A stretch of DNA of 64,000 bases from Phaeosaccion multiseriatum (taxonomy: Eukaryota; Protista; Ochrophyta, other classes). Made by a program: the position numbers and the translations under genes. The notes under the pieces were generated by a model. That model was not told the origin of the DNA. It was given only the letters and a program-made list of their open reading frames with translations, and did not search any database. This document shows positions 62,878 to 64,000 of this stretch, piece by piece (within the stretch, counting starts at the first letter, position 1; each line of letters starts with the position of its first letter). Location: positions 3,348,001 to 3,412,000 of the forward strand of contig OZ218953.1 of assembly GCA_965112735.1 (NCBI GenBank), given 5' to 3'.

Positions 62878-63605
62878 ACCCGCGCACGGGGGATGGGGAT
62901 GTGAGACTGTGAGACTCGGGTTCTTGGGCATTATTTACGTACATGCATTTCCTTATTTTGATTTTTAACTTTTCGAGGGCGGACATGTTGTTTCTTGTGG
63001 ACCTCACTGCCTAATCCAGTGGGTCAAGTAGTTTAGTTTATGGGAGGAACTTGGAGTACCCACTGGCTGATTCCGTCAGTGCGTGCTTCTAACAGGCGGT
63101 GCTTGCGTCACCACGTAATAAACACCACAGTAAACCCTCACCTCACCCCACGGCGTCGCTGCTCGGCGGAAGGGGCTCCGCCCCAGAAACCGCTCTGCAC
63201 GTCCCGATTCTCCGACGACGTTACATGCAGACCCTTTCTCACTGGCACTGCCAGCCAAGACAGCAAAGGGATGGCCTCTCCTCAGGTCCTTCTGGCGAGG
63301 GCTCACTCATGCCCTGTCCAAACAAGTGCACGCCCACCCTCTCTAGGTAGGTACAGCACAGGTGGGGGGGAAGTAGAGCGTGGCCGTGGCCGGTTCCGCC
63401 CGAGCAAAGGGGGCGGGGGGGGGTCCTCAACGGTACCATCCACGGACACACGGGTGAACACGGGAACACGGTGGGTGGGGAGCTTTGGCCTCCACAGTCC
63501 TGACACCCAGTCCTGACCCCCACCTGGGGTGCGATGGCTCCTTCGCTCTACCAATGGTGCTGGCCGTAGGTAGGCGGCCTCGCGCTTACATTCTGTAACT
63601 GTCGC

Positions 63606-64000
63606 TCATCGTCCCTGCGCCTGTGATGGAGGCAGGCTAGAAGGACCGGAAGGCCCTTGCTCCGCGTCAGAAACTGCCTCTGCTGCTAGCCCTTGCTGCA
63701 GTGAGTTGGGTGACCCGTTGGTACCGGCTTGTCCAATGTCTGTGTCTGTCACTACTGCCCGGTCTAAATGCAAGCCGCCCCCTACTGCCAGCGAAGCGGA
63801 GGAAGGAAAGCCCTTGCGCCGAGGGACGCGCATGCGAGGTGCGATCCTGTGCAGACAATGAAACGAAGCAGGAGAGGGAAGGGGAAAGGTGGTTTCAGAA
63901 ACGACGCAGGGGCAAAGCAGGCACCAGCGCTCCTTGTGCCTTACCATGAGGTGTATGTATTAATGTCTCTGATGCACAGAGGCACCGTCACAAGGATGCC
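63606..64000 (-). CDS. 3' end of an unknown (possibly membrane) protein gene continuing beyond the window
   Basis: GILVTVPLCIRDINTYTSW|IAPRMRVPRRKG...GR* joins in frame via a GTAAGG...CACAG intron (about 63944-63847). Confidence 0.5.

Noticed and set aside
63040-63554. Short ORFs between the mucin-like gene and the last partial gene
   Set aside because: No motifs or convincing splice structure. Probably 3' UTR or intergenic.
1-64000. Alternative genetic code, selenocysteine/readthrough, U12 introns, tRNA/rRNA, autonomous transposons
   Set aside because: All gene models close with the standard code and GT/GC-AG introns. I saw no AT-AC ends, cloverleafs, or transposase/RT motifs by eye.
1-64000. 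Functional or biosynthetic gene cluster
   Set aside because: Neighbouring genes have unrelated functions. Four candidate plastid-targeted genes out of about 18 is unremarkable for an alga.

Overview
Eukaryotic, intron-rich nuclear DNA, almost certainly from a photosynthetic stramenopile (ochrophyte). Several genes carry bipartite signal+transit peptides with the ASAFAP-type 'A|F' cleavage motif, and a PIERCE-like axonemal gene implies flagella. Splicing by hand gives about 18 genes: RACK1 3' end, NPSN-type SNARE, GatB, PIERCE-like, EDEM-like GH47+PA, EngB/YihA, alpha/beta hydrolase, fibrillin, TPR-glycosyltransferase, an unknown protein, SCCPDH-like, a roughly 27-exon ARM-repeat protein, a low-complexity protein with an Rrn10-like motif, homoserine kinase, RBM22, an HMMR-like coiled-coil protein, a Cys-rich mucin-like surface protein and a partial minus-strand gene. 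Most other ORFs in the track are microsatellite artefacts. Most notable: (1) an Rrn10/UAF-like motif plus acidic tail outside fungi; (2) a cytosolic-looking TPR + phage/bacterial-type GT-A fusion; (3) introns with G/GT-rich 5' ends and complementary C/AC-rich 3' ends that could fold back; (4) 15 consecutive genes alternating strand with short bidirectional promoters; (5) a ~125-nt branched hairpin between convergent genes; (6) an HMMR-like architecture; (7) a duplicated 10-Cys domain. Family calls come from recalled motifs, not database searches.
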